Below, piece by piece: positions 31,600 to 42,925 of a DNA stretch of 64,000 nt (positions are counted from its first letter, which is position 1; each line of letters opens with the position of its first letter). The DNA is from Cyanophora paradoxa CCMP329 (taxonomy: Eukaryota > Plantae > Glaucophyta): positions 47,106 through 111,105 of the forward strand of contig QPMI01000584.1 of NCBI GenBank assembly GCA_004431415.1, read 5' to 3'. A model generated the notes under the pieces. It ran no database searches. It was not told the origin of the DNA and worked only from the letters and a program-made list of their open reading frames with translations. The translations under genes were made by a program, and so were the position numbers.

Positions 31600-34460
31600 G
31601 TAACCCGTCGCCAGGAGCTCGAGGTCCACGCCAGGAGGACGGGGGCCGGGGCGGGGCGGGGCGGGGCGGGGAGGGGCGGGGCGCACGGTGAGGCGGCAGC
31701 CGCGGTCGGCGTGGTGCTCCTCCGTCGGCCTGCGGGGGTCCCGATCGCGACGCGCGGGGCGGGCGTCAGCGTCGGAGCGGGCCGGGGGGTGCGGGGGCGG
31801 GGGCGCGCCGGGGCTCGTGGTCGACGTGCACGTGCGCCCGCTCCACCTGCGCCCCGCGCCGCCCGGCGCCGCTGATGGTCAGGCGGGGCCAGGGCCGGGC
31901 TTGGGGCGCTGGCGGGGGGGCTGCAGGCGGAGGTGGAGGGACCGGGAGGGGCGCACGCCCTCCCAGTGCTCGAGCTTCAGCTGGAGCGCCGTCGCGATCT
32001 CGTGCGCCTGCGGGGCGAGGCGGGGCGGGGCGGGGCGGAGGGCTCGGGGGCGTGCGGGGCTCGTGGGCCTGCGGGGCGGGGCGGGGGCCGGGGCGGGCGG
32101 GCCTCGCGGACGGGCATCTCGGGGTCCAGCACCACAGCCACCTGCCCGGCGAGGCTGACTCAGTGAGACGGCCCAACGCCGAGCGGCGGCGGCGGGTTAT
32201 TGGGGGGGGGTCGCCTCCACGTGGTAGAAGGTCCCCTGCGGCGCCGGAAGACCGTCAGACGGCCCCCGGGGCGGGGCGGGCGGGGCGGACGACGTGGTAG
32301 GCGATGAGGGAGGAGACGTAGCGCACGCGCTCGTCGTGGGCGTACGCGATGTAGCTGCCGGGCCGGCGTGAGGCGGGGCGGTCAGCGCGGGCGAGGGCGG
32401 GGGCGGGGGACCAGAGGGCGGAGAGGAGGGCGGGGTCCGCCGAGTGGCCCGCCAGCCGCTTCACCTGCCGTGGCCCGCCCGCCTCGGCCTCGGGCGGGGC
32501 CGGCGGGGCGGGCGGGCGGGGTGGGCGGGCGGGGCGCGCGTGGCCGTGGGACATGTGCGCGTAGTCCGCCACGATCGCCGCCGAGAAGAGCAGCGCCCCT
32601 GGCCCCGCACGCGCCTAAGGCCGCGCCGGCGCGGGGCGGCGCGGGGCTGCTCGAGACGACGGGGCGGGGCGGGGCGGGGCGGACCGAGGGGGTCGACCCA
32701 CCAGTAGTAGTTGGAGCCGACGTACGCGAAGGCCGTCCCCAGCGCCTGCGCCCGCGCGGCTCGGGAAGGGATAGCTCGAGACGGGCGGGGCCGGGGCCCG
32801 GGGGCGCGCGTTGATGGCGACGTCGTTGCGGTGGCTCTTGGCGAAGGCGATGACGGAGGCGTTGTCGCTCCGCGCGCACAGCATCCACAGCACCTGCGCG
32901 CGGGGCGGGACTGGCGGGGCGGGGGCGGGGGCAGGGGAGGGGCGGAGGGCGGCTCGCGCACGAGCTTGAGGGCGATGATGGCGCCCAGGATGGAGGCCGC
33001 GATGGGGCCCAGGAAGAGCTGCCCGGGGGGCCCCCGCCCGCATCGCATCCCGGGGCGCAAGCTAAGGCCGCCGGGCGCCGGCGCCGGCACGGCACCTGCT
33101 CCTCGGGCTTGCCCTCCATCAGCTCCTTCACGCTGTACCTGCGGGCCGGGGCGGCGAGGGCCGTCCGGTCGGGGGCCGGCGGGGCGGGGGCCGGGGGCGG
33201 GCGGGGCGGACGCGACGAGGTTGAACGAGGCGGTGCCCATGATCGCCGCGAAGATGACAACCCCGATCGGCTCCTGCCGCCCCCCGCGCCCCCCGTGAGG
33301 CGGGCCCAGGGCAACGGGAAGCGAAGGGGGGAGGCTCGCCATGCGCGACTTGCCGACGGGGTACCGGTACACGTTCCGGTGGTCCACCGCGCGGTTTGTG
33401 TACCTGCCGGGGTACGTCGAACGAACGGAGGGCGCCCGGCCGTGGGGGTACGGGGAGGGCGCCAGAGGATGAGGGAGCTCAGGATGTCGAGGGCGGATTC
33501 GAGCGTGGAACCGAGGACTGGGGACGGGGCAGCGTCAGACAGCTACGGGGTACGAGGAGCATTGGCGGGGGAGGCGGCGCGCGGGGCACCCGAGAGGGAT
33601 CCCGTCTCGAACACGGCGAGGAGCTGCGGGGGCCCCGTGAGCTCTGGGGAATCTTACGTTAATATTGCTCTCGCACCTTAAAAAAAACGACGACGATGTT
33701 GGCGGTGAAGGAGATGCGAATGAGGGCGCGCGAGTGCGACGCCTGCCGCGCCTTCGGGCGGGCCGGGGCGAGTCAGAGGGCAGCGGCGGCGCGCCCGGGC
33801 AGAGAAAGCGCGGATCCGGACCTCTATGCGCGCGGGGCCCTCCCATCGGCTTTCGACGCTGGCCTGCGGCCCGCGGTCCTGGCCGGGGAGCGCCTCCGCC
33901 CCGAGCGCCGCGGTCCGCGTCCCTTCCTCGAGCCCCTCGCGCAGGTCCCGCCGCAGCTTTTCCGGTAGCCGCTCCTCTACTTCCTCGAACTGCGCGCGTC
34001 TGCTAGAAGCCGCGCGAGCGCTGCCGCGATCCGGGCGCCGGCGCGAGAAGAGAGCTAGCTGGAGCTCGAGCGCCGAATTGCGCGGCGCAACCTCGGGCGG
34101 CGCACGGATCGTATGAGGGAGTTTTGAGCGATATAGAAGCGCCGGAGGCCATCGTCACCGATGCGTTCAAGCTGCGCGCGCCCGGATCGCGGTCAGGCGT
34201 GGAGTCGAAGGGTCAAGCTCGAAGCGAGGCCGGCGCACGTCTTCGTCGCCTACAAGCTTGTCGGTGAATACATTGAGGGGCAACCGATGCGCGCGCGCCG
34301 GCTGCAGCTGCGGCTCTGCACCGGGCTTGCGCGGGGCGGGCGCGGACGCTCGCTTCACATGCGCCGCCTCCTCATCGCGTGTGTGGAGAGAGCCGTAGAG
34401 CGATTCCCACACGCCCGGATGCCGCGGCTGCGGCACCAGCGGGCTCCGCTCGTCCTCCAT
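31600..34460 (-). CDS. Cation diffusion facilitator, Mn-CDF/MTP8-11-like (multi-exon; 3' end approximate)
   Basis: Spliced peptides RRFYIAQNSLI, GSLSVLGSTLESALDILS, YRYPVGKSRMEPIGVVIFAAIMG, SHRND, WWVDPLG, AHEIATALQLKLE and VERAHVHVDHE. Confidence 0.9.
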
Positions 34461-34486
34461 TCGAGTGAGCGTACCCCCCGATTGCA

Positions 34487-36903
34487 ATGCGGCGGGCCGC
34501 CCGCGTGGCGGCCCTCGCGGCGCGGGCGGACGCGCCCGCGCCGCTGCGTCCAACCGGATCTGTGGTGCGCGAGCCGCCGTCCTACGCGGAGTTCCTCGAG
34601 GCGGTGCTGTCGCCTCGCTCGGACGCGCTCGACGAGCTGGACGAGCCCCGGGCCGCCCGGCCGGCGATGAAACTTCCTCGCCGCGGCGCCTCGAGCTCGC
34701 CCTCGGGCGCCTGGGTGCTCGCCGAGATCAACAAGTGCGTCAGCTCCATCCCGCTCCGCCGTGCCCCGCTCACCGCCGCCGCGCAGCCTGTTCCTGCAGC
34801 CGAGTCTGCAGCTGGCGAGGGGACAGGCGCAGCAGCTGTTCACGTTCGCGGGCGTCAAGTCCCTGGACGAGGACCTCATCCCGCGCGTGCGGCGGCCCTG
34901 GACCAAGGCGGCGCGGTCGATGACAGCCGCGCGGGCGGCCGCCGTCATCGAGGGCGCCGATGAGCAGGCCATGGAGATCGTTTCCGCGCAGCACACGAAC
35001 GGCCTCGACCTCCTGCGCTCCCTCGGTTGCTCGGACGCCGAGCTCCACCAGGCACGCCGCGCGCGCCGTGCCGCGCCGCGCCGCCTCATCTCACGCGCGG
35101 CAGGTGGCGCGCAAGTGCCCGGCGATCCTGCTGCTGCCGCTGGACGAGTACACGTACAAGCTGGTCAGCGTCTTGGTCGGGGCGGGGCTGGGCAAGGACG
35201 GCCTCCGCGCCATCTTCGTCGCCGACCCCCTGCTCATCCGCCGCGACCCCGAGCGCGTCAAGCGAAAGCTCGAGTTCCTCGGGCGCGCCCGGGGCCCCTC
35301 CCCCGCCCTCCCCCCCCCGCGCCCGGCCGCCCGGCCGCTGATGGTGCGCGCGGGGCGGCAGGAACGTGGGGCTGGGGACGGAGGAGATCCTGGCGCTGCT
35401 GCGGGGGGCGCCGTTCGTGCTGCACGGGCGCGCGGCGACGCTGCGCGAGAACTTCGAGCTCCTCGCCGCCGCCGGCTTCGCCCCCGAGCCCGGCGCCCCC
35501 CACTCCATCCTCAAGCTTGTGCGCCCCCGCCCGCCCAACCGCCCGCTCGAAGCGAGCGCGTCCGGCGCGCGGCTGAGGCCCGGGGCGGGGCGGCGCAGCT
35601 CCAGTCGCACCCCCGCGTCCTCACCTCCGACACCGCCCGCCTCGCCGACCGCCTCCGCTTCCTCCAGCACCTCCTCGGCCCCTCCGTGCGCCCCGTACCC
35701 CCCTAACCCTGCCGTACCCCCGACGTCGACGCCCCCCCCCCCCCCCCCCCCCCCAGCTCGTCCCGAAGGCCTCCAAGCACGTGGACCTCCTCCTCCTCGA
35801 CGTCGAGTCGTGCGCCCGCCCCCCCCCCCTCGGGGCGGCCTCGCGCGGGTTCGAACCCGCGGCTGCGCGCGGGCAGGTGCCTGAGGCCGAAGGTGGAGGC
35901 GCTCGCCGCCTTTGGCTTCGACGAGGCGGACGTGCGGCGGGCCTTCCGCGGCGCCCCGCAGCTCGCCTCCGTCGACGTCCCCCGCCACCTCCGCGAGAAG
36001 GCGCCCCGCGCCCCCGCCTCGCAGAAACGCGTACCCCCCTTACCCCACCCCCCCCTCCACCTCCCAGGAGGCGCTCCTGCACGAGCTGGCGGGCCTCTCG
36101 CGGGGGGACTGCGTTCGCGTCTTCTCCAACGCCCCCGGCACCCTCCTCCTCACCCCCCAGACCCTCCGCGCCAAGGTGCCGTACCCCCCCTTCCCGTCGA
36201 GTGCCCCCCTCAATCGAGCGTACCCCGCAGCTGGAGGCGCTGGGCGGGGAGGGCTTCACGCGGGAGCAGCTGCGCCGCGTCCTCCTCGGCTGCACCAAGA
36301 TCCTCACCCTCTGCTTCCCCTCCAACGTCCGCCCGTGGCCGCCCGCCCCGCCTTCGCCCTGCCTCCCGCGCCCCGGCGCCCACGTGCACGCGCCCCGCAG
36401 ATCCTCCCCAAGCTCCGGTGGCTGCGCAGCGTCGCCGGGGTACAGCCCGACGAGGTACGTGGGCATCGCCGCCCGCCCTCCCCCGAGGGCTCCGACCGTG
36501 GCCGTGATGGCGTGCGGGGGGCGGGCAGATCGTGGGCCGCTCGAACGTGCTGGGGATGTCGCTGGAGGGGCGGCTGGCCCCGCGGCACGGGTTCCTGCGG
36601 GCGCGGGGCCGGCTGCCGGCCCCCGGCGAGCCCCTCCTCGCCCGCCTCTGGCGCTTCGAGGACGGCGAGTGGGCCCGCCGCGTCGCCGGCGCCGAGGCGG
36701 CCGAGTTCGCCGCCTGGCGCGCCGCCGCGCCCCGCGCCGCGATGGGCCTCCCGAGGCCCGGCGGCCCCGGCGGGGCCGGCGACGCGGCCGAGGGCGCGGG
36801 CGAGGGAGAGGGAGAGGGGAGTGAGCGCTCCCTCCCCGGCGGCTGTAGATTGTATCTCGACTGTATTATACGAACTGAAGAATGTCACGCCCTCTCGAGA
36901 TAG
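34487..36903 (+). CDS. mTERF family protein (multi-exon), probably organelle-targeted
   Basis: Repeats such as VARKCPAILLL, RVKRKLEFL, LRPKVEALAAFGF, ILPKLRWL and terminal LGMSLEGRLAPRHGFL; Arg/Ala-rich N-terminus. Confidence 0.88.
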
Positions 36904-37547
36904 AGATAGGCCCAGGGACAGCGGCGAGCCGAGGGCGGGATCCCGGTCCCGTCCGACGGTCCGCCGCCGGCGTGGGCCCCGATCCGTAGGTTCAGCAGCT
37001 CTCCCACAGGTCGCGAAAAAAGTCGGTCCCTTCAACTCGGTTTGAATGGCAGGGGGAGGGGCGGGGGGAGGGGGGGCGGGGGGTGGGGAGGGGGGGGGGG
37101 GGGCAAGCTCGGAAATGGATCGAGAGGAAATCTCAGCTCGGATTCTAGATCGATTTAGCTAGAGAGGAAAAACAGAGCTCGAAGAGGAGCGGTCCCCCTC
37201 AAAACCCTGGCCCCCGGTCCCATGAACATTCGCATGTGCAGATCTAGCCTTAGTAGAACGCAATTTATTTACACAAAATTCAAGCGGCTAGCGCTGTCCT
37301 CGGGCGAGGTTCTGCCGTGGGGCGGTCCTGGCCAGGAGCTCAGCTCAGTCCTCCTCGCCGGAGCCCGCGATGTCCTGCGGCGGCCCGTCGGGCCGGGGCC
37401 GGCCGGGAGCCCGAGTCTCAGAGGCCGAGGGTGGCGCACCTCGACCCACGACTCGATTTTCTTTTCGACCTGTTCAAAATTTGAAGGGGTGAGTGAATAA
37501 ACGAACACCGATTGAATTGTTTGAAAGAAGGCGTATGCGCAGGTGCT

Positions 37548-40500
37548 CTAGTCGGCCCGGGGGCGATTCCGAACCTTCTGCTCAAACTGTACATGTGCGT
37601 GGCGGGCGTGGGTAAATTTGCGAACGGGAGGACGGGCGCGAAAATCAGACAGAAATATATTTTAATTACCTCGATGGCCTTCTGCTTGATGGTGTCTGCG
37701 GCCTCCTTGCGCTGCGGAGACATACGAATTTAAGTTTGTCGGGAGCGGTGCAGCGCCCACGACCGGGCCCCGGGCACCTTGGCGTCCGCGGCCTCCTTGG
37801 TGTCCTCCAGCTTGTGCTTCGCCGCCTCCACCGTCTCGTCCCTGCGAGCGCGCCGTCAGCCCGAGCCCGAGCTCGAGGCGCGCGGCGCAGAAAGACCGCC
37901 GCCCGCCCGCCCGCCCGCGCACCGCTTCTGCCGCGCCTTGTCGCCGAGCTCGGTGGCCCGGGCCTTCACCGCCTCGGCGGCCTCTTCGGTCTTCTCGCCC
38001 GCCCGCTTCCGCGTCTTCTTCAGGGCCTTCTGCGTCTCGCCCTTCGCCCTTCGCGCCCGCAGTCAGAGGGGCCGACTGGGCCGGGCGCGGCAGGAGCTTT
38101 TGGCGCGCTTCTCGCCGGCGTCCTGGGCGCGGTGGCCAAGCTCCTCCGCCTTGTGGGTCGTCTCCTCAACAACCCTGCGCGCCCCCGACATTAACATTGA
38201 TATATCGATATTTCTACCGCAGCCACGCAATGATAATCATGATCAAGCCAGAACGGACGGACCACTCGCGCGCCTCCTCCGCCTTCTCCCGCATGCTCTC
38301 CTGGGGCGCAAAAAGCCTTCAGCTCAGCAAGGCCACGGGCGTAATTCGAAGGGAATTGCGTCTCCTGCCGGGCCGGCTATGGGCGGGGCTCGCCTGCAGA
38401 TTCTGCGAGAAGAAAGAAATATAAGAGAAGAGACCAGGCGCGTGAGCGAGAAGAAATAGCCCCCGCAAAAGCGGGCCGAGAAGCGTAAGCGGACCTTGGC
38501 CTGCTGCTTGGCGGAGTCCATCGCCTGGGCCGCCTTGTCCTTGGCCCGCTCCGCGAACGCCTGCAAGCGAGAAGATCGGCTCCGAGTGAGCCCCCACGGA
38601 GGCGCCTTCGGGGGGAGACCTGGGCGAGTCGAAGCGCGGCGCTCACCATGCCGCGCTCGCGCGTCTCATCGACCTGCTCGCGCGCGGAGCCGGCAACCTC
38701 CGTCGCCTTCGACTTGGTCTGCTCGGCCGCTTCCTGCCGGGCGCGGGCTCATTCCGGCGCCGACCCGCTGCGCATGCGCGGCGCCGGCGCCCTGGAGCCG
38801 CGCGGGGCCCTCCCGCGCACCTCGAGGCGCTCGCCGGTCCTGTGCGCGAAGTCGGTCGCCCGCTCCTTCGCGCCCTGGCAAGCCGCGTCACGTGCGGGCT
38901 GCTGGGCCGGCGCGAATTCGAAAGGCGAGCGCGGAAACAGCGCTTGCCTCGGTCACCTCGGCGGTCTTCTCGCGCGCGCCCTGCGTCCCGCGGTGAGATA
39001 GAGAGGCACCCCGGACGGCCCCAGGCCAGCGGCAGGGCGCACCTTCACGCGCTCCTCGACCTCACTCCGGATGGTCCCCGCGGCCTCGCCCGCCTTCTTG
39101 CCCGTCTCCTGCGTCAGTGGGATCAGCAGACCGGCGCAGAACAGTGCAAGCTTAAGTTCCGAGTTCCAAAACGCTGCACTTCAGTTGAAACGCGAGTCGC
39201 TCAAGATATCTTCATCGAAATCTAGAAAGCGAAAATCCATTGCATATGCACGTATATTGCGGCACGCGAAGTACGTTTTTCGCGCCACCGGGTTCTCTAG
39301 CTGAGTTCTAGTACAAGCGGTGCGAAAATCCGCAAAAAACGTTCTAGAAGCTGAGCAGAAGTCCGCGAAAACCGTGTGGGGCAATCGGACCTCTTTCATG
39401 GCGGATGCCTTCTCTCCGGCCTCCTGGAAGCCACGCTCGGACCGCTCGCGCGCCTCCTCCGCCTTCTCCCGCACGTTCTCCTGAGACGCGCAATCCCCTT
39501 CAGCTAAGCTCTGACGGAAGAGGGGAGTTGCGTCGCCCGCCGGGCTGGGCGGGGCTCGCCTGCAGATTCTGCGACGCGGCGCCGGGCGCGTCAGCAAGAA
39601 TTTGTGGCCCCGCCAAACCGGGCCGAGAAGCTTAAGCGGACCTTGGCCTGCTGCTTGGCGGAGTCCATCGCCTTCGCGGTCTTGTCCTTGGCGCGCTCCG
39701 CGAACTCCTGCGTGCGAGGCGCGAAATCGGCTCCGGTGAGCCGCCGCGGAGGCGCCTTCGGCGGGACATCTAAATCTAGATCTGGGCGAGTCGAAGCGCG
39801 GCGCGCACCGTGCCGCGCTCGCGCGTCTCGTCGGCCTGCTCGCGCGCAGAGCCAGCGACCTCCGTCGCCTTCGACTTGGTCCGCTCGGCCGCCTCCTGCC
39901 GACCGCGGGCTCGATCCGTCCCGCTGCGCGGGGCCGGCGCCCTGAAGCCGCGCGGGTCCTCCCGCGCACCTCGAGGCGCTCGCCGGCCTTGTGCGCGAAG
40001 TCGGTCGCGCGCTCCTTCGCGCCCTGGCGAGCCCCGTCACGCTGCTGGGCCGGCGCGAATTCGGAAGGCGAGCGCGGGAACAGCGCTTGCCTCGGTCACC
40101 TCGGCGGTCTTCTCGCGCGCGCCCTGCGCATGCGTCCCCCGGTGAGAGAACGCCCCCCGACGGCCGCGGCGGCCAGCTTATAATTAGGGCGCACCTCGAC
40201 GCGCTCCTCAGCCGAGCTCCGGATGGTCCCTGCAGTCTCTCCCGCTTTCTTGCGGGTCTCCTGCATAAGTACGTATACGATCAGATTGGTATTGAATGGG
40301 CGCCAGAGCGTTTTATGGGCGAACATCTGCTTTCTCCGAGACGGTTTCGCGGAGCTCCTGTAGAATTGCGTTAATTCTACATGTGGAGAAGCGAAAGACA
40401 GCTGGCTCTGCCATGATGGTTCAAATTCAAGACCTTCGCTTTGCCTGTTGCCTTCTCACGCGCCTCCTGCGGGATATCGATCCGGAACGATCAGAGCTGC

Positions 40501-42120
40501 ATGCGCAACTGCAATGGTGTGCACAAATAAACAAATGATCGGACCTCGAACTGCTGCCTGAGCTCGCTGCCGCGAGATTCCACTTGCTCCTTGGCCTGTG
40601 TCGCCTTGTGCTTCAGTTCTTCAGCTGTTTTCTACGTTACGGAGCGGTCAGGTGCTGCTCGAGCTCGGGATGCAGACATAATTAAAATGAAGTTGCAATC
40701 GGAACCCGAGATTCAGTCACCTTGATCGGCGTCGTAGATGGCACCGCAGAAATATTCATCCGCGCCTGCGCCAGAGTAGGGTGCTGCCAGGAGACAAAAT
40801 GCGATATTTTATATTGAGCAGGCGACCAAATTCGACACTAAAAAGTCGAGGTCGATGGCCGTGGCCATGGGCTGACCTGCATCCACTCGTGGAAGTGGGT
40901 GCGGATGGCATCGACGGCTTGCTCGAACAACTTCAAGTTTTGCTGATTTCGAAGATTTAAAATTTGATCAGCCCACGTTCCTCACACAGAAATGTTGAAT
41001 AAATAATTCAGCTATAGAAACGAATTCGAAACAGTGAGGCACCTCAGCAGCCTCGAGCTCCCTTTCGCTGAAGCCGGACTCGAAGTTATCGACACGCAGC
41101 TGCGCTCCGCGACATCGAATTAGAATGGAGTCTAATTACAGAACGCCGTTCGAATTCCATAGTCCAATGCGCACCCGGGCAATCGCAGCCTCCGTCCACC
41201 CGCTTGCGTGATCGAACGCCTGCTCGGCGCGACTCAACGCCTCCAGAACGTGCTTGCCAGTGTCTGAGCGCTTCGGATTCATGAACCTTCTAAGCTGCAA
41301 AAAGCTAGCGCTGCAAAAAGCTAGCGAGGGCGAGAACGGGCTCCGCATCCGCGCGCACCACTTCCCGTCTCCTCAGCGACGAACTAGCGGAGGCTTATAA
41401 ATTAGCAAGGGGAGCAGGCGGAGCGGATCCAGCCAAGTCCTGGCGCACCTGGGCCTCGGCGAGCCTGTGCATGTGGAATTCAAGCTTCAGTGGATGCCGC
41501 ACGCAGCGCGCGCGGAATAGCTTACAAGCGCGCCGCAGTCGACCAGAGCTTGGAGAGCCCGTTCTCGACATCGATGATTTCGCGATCGGTCGTCTTCGCC
41601 TGCGCATAGATTCAGCTTGCGCGCAGGGAGAGACAGTTCACAGGCGAATCTGAGGCGCTGATCATGATCATGATCATGAGGCGCGCGGCGCACGAGCAAC
41701 TTGAGCGAAGAGCTTGCGCGCGCGAGAAGGGAGTCGACATCCGCGCCAAAAGGCGAGCGCGCGCTCTCCTCCGCATCGCCCTTGCCTTGATTGCTCAGGG
41801 CAGATATTACAACGCCTTCGCGCGCGGTCAAGCACAAGTAGAAGCGCGCGGCGCGCGCCGGCGCAATTTTGCAAGCTCAAGGGAGAACTCGCACCGAACT
41901 CGGGAGCGGGTCGTGCAGGCCCATCGGCGTGCCAGGTCCTGTGCGCGCCGACGAAGAACGAACGGGACGGGCGCGCGAGGGAGCGGCCCGGGCGCGCGAT
42001 CGGCCGGGTCGGGAGAACGGCGGCGACGCGCGGGGAGCTCGAGGCGACCTGGGGGACGACCCCCAGAACGACCGGAGCCGCCGTTGCCGCTGGAACGCAG
42101 GGGACGACGAACGATGCCAT
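37548..42120 (-). CDS. LEA group 3-like helical repeat protein with plastid-type transit peptide (multi-exon)
   Basis: N-terminus MASFVVPCVPAA...SFFVG; exons such as FAERAKDKTAKAMDSAKQQAK, AREKTAEVTE and ETRKKAGETAG; stop after FEQKVRNRPRAD. Linking the 5' exons to the repeat exons is inferred. Confidence 0.7.
38260..40270. repeat. Intragenic tandem duplication (~0.85-kb unit, ~1.15-kb offset) including introns
   Basis: ~38260-39115 aligns with ~39440-40270, e.g. GCACCTCGAGGCGCTCGCCGG and AACAGCGCTTGCCTCGGTCACCTCGGCGGTCTTCTCGCGCGCGCCCTGCG each occur twice. Confidence 0.9.
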
Positions 42121-42925
42121 TTCGGCTAAAGTGACGGCCGGGGGTACGCAGGATCCCAGAGCCCGCCAGCTGTCGGGAGGGAGAAAACTGCACTTGATTC
42201 CCCCGTCGTCCTCTAACAGGATCCCAAGCCGGTCCCACTTTAATTAATTCACATAAATTCACATAATTCCCCCGTCCTCGAGCTCTAAACAGGATCCCAG
42301 GCCGGTCCCAATTAATTCCTAGCTATAGGTCCCCGGCGCGCGGGAATTCGAAGCTTAAGGGGGAAGAGGAATTCCGGGGAGAGGGGGAGATATATATGCT
42401 CAAGCTGAGCAAAAATAATATTGCGGTCGGCCGCGGCCTTGATGACCTCGATGTGCTTTCATAAAAACCAAAATCATATTCTGCAGCTGATTAGACGTCG
42501 ATATCCGCAAGGCAGGTGATACAAAGAAAGAGTTCGAAGAAGGGAGCCTGAAGCCCTTCCGGCTCATGAATCGCAACAGACGATCAAATGAATATGCGCA
42601 TGCAGACAGATCCGGACTCGGGATGAAATTAAAGCGATATAGCGACAACAGCGCGAAACGGGAAATCTAAAAGCCTAAATCATAACATCCTGAAGCGGAC
42701 AAGCCGAGGGTAAACGCAGGCTTGCGCCCTAAATCACAAAAGTAAGCGAGCAGAGTGCAGATCTAAAAAGCAAAGCCGACCTCTGTCCGATCCCTCTAAA
42801 TTGAAAAGCGAAAGGAAGCAAGCAGACTGCAGGAAGCAAAGCCGACCACCGGGCGATCCGGATCCCTCTCAGCTAAACCAAAGCGTGCAGCCGGATCCGG
42901 GCGGGGCGAGGGGCGGGGCCCGGGT

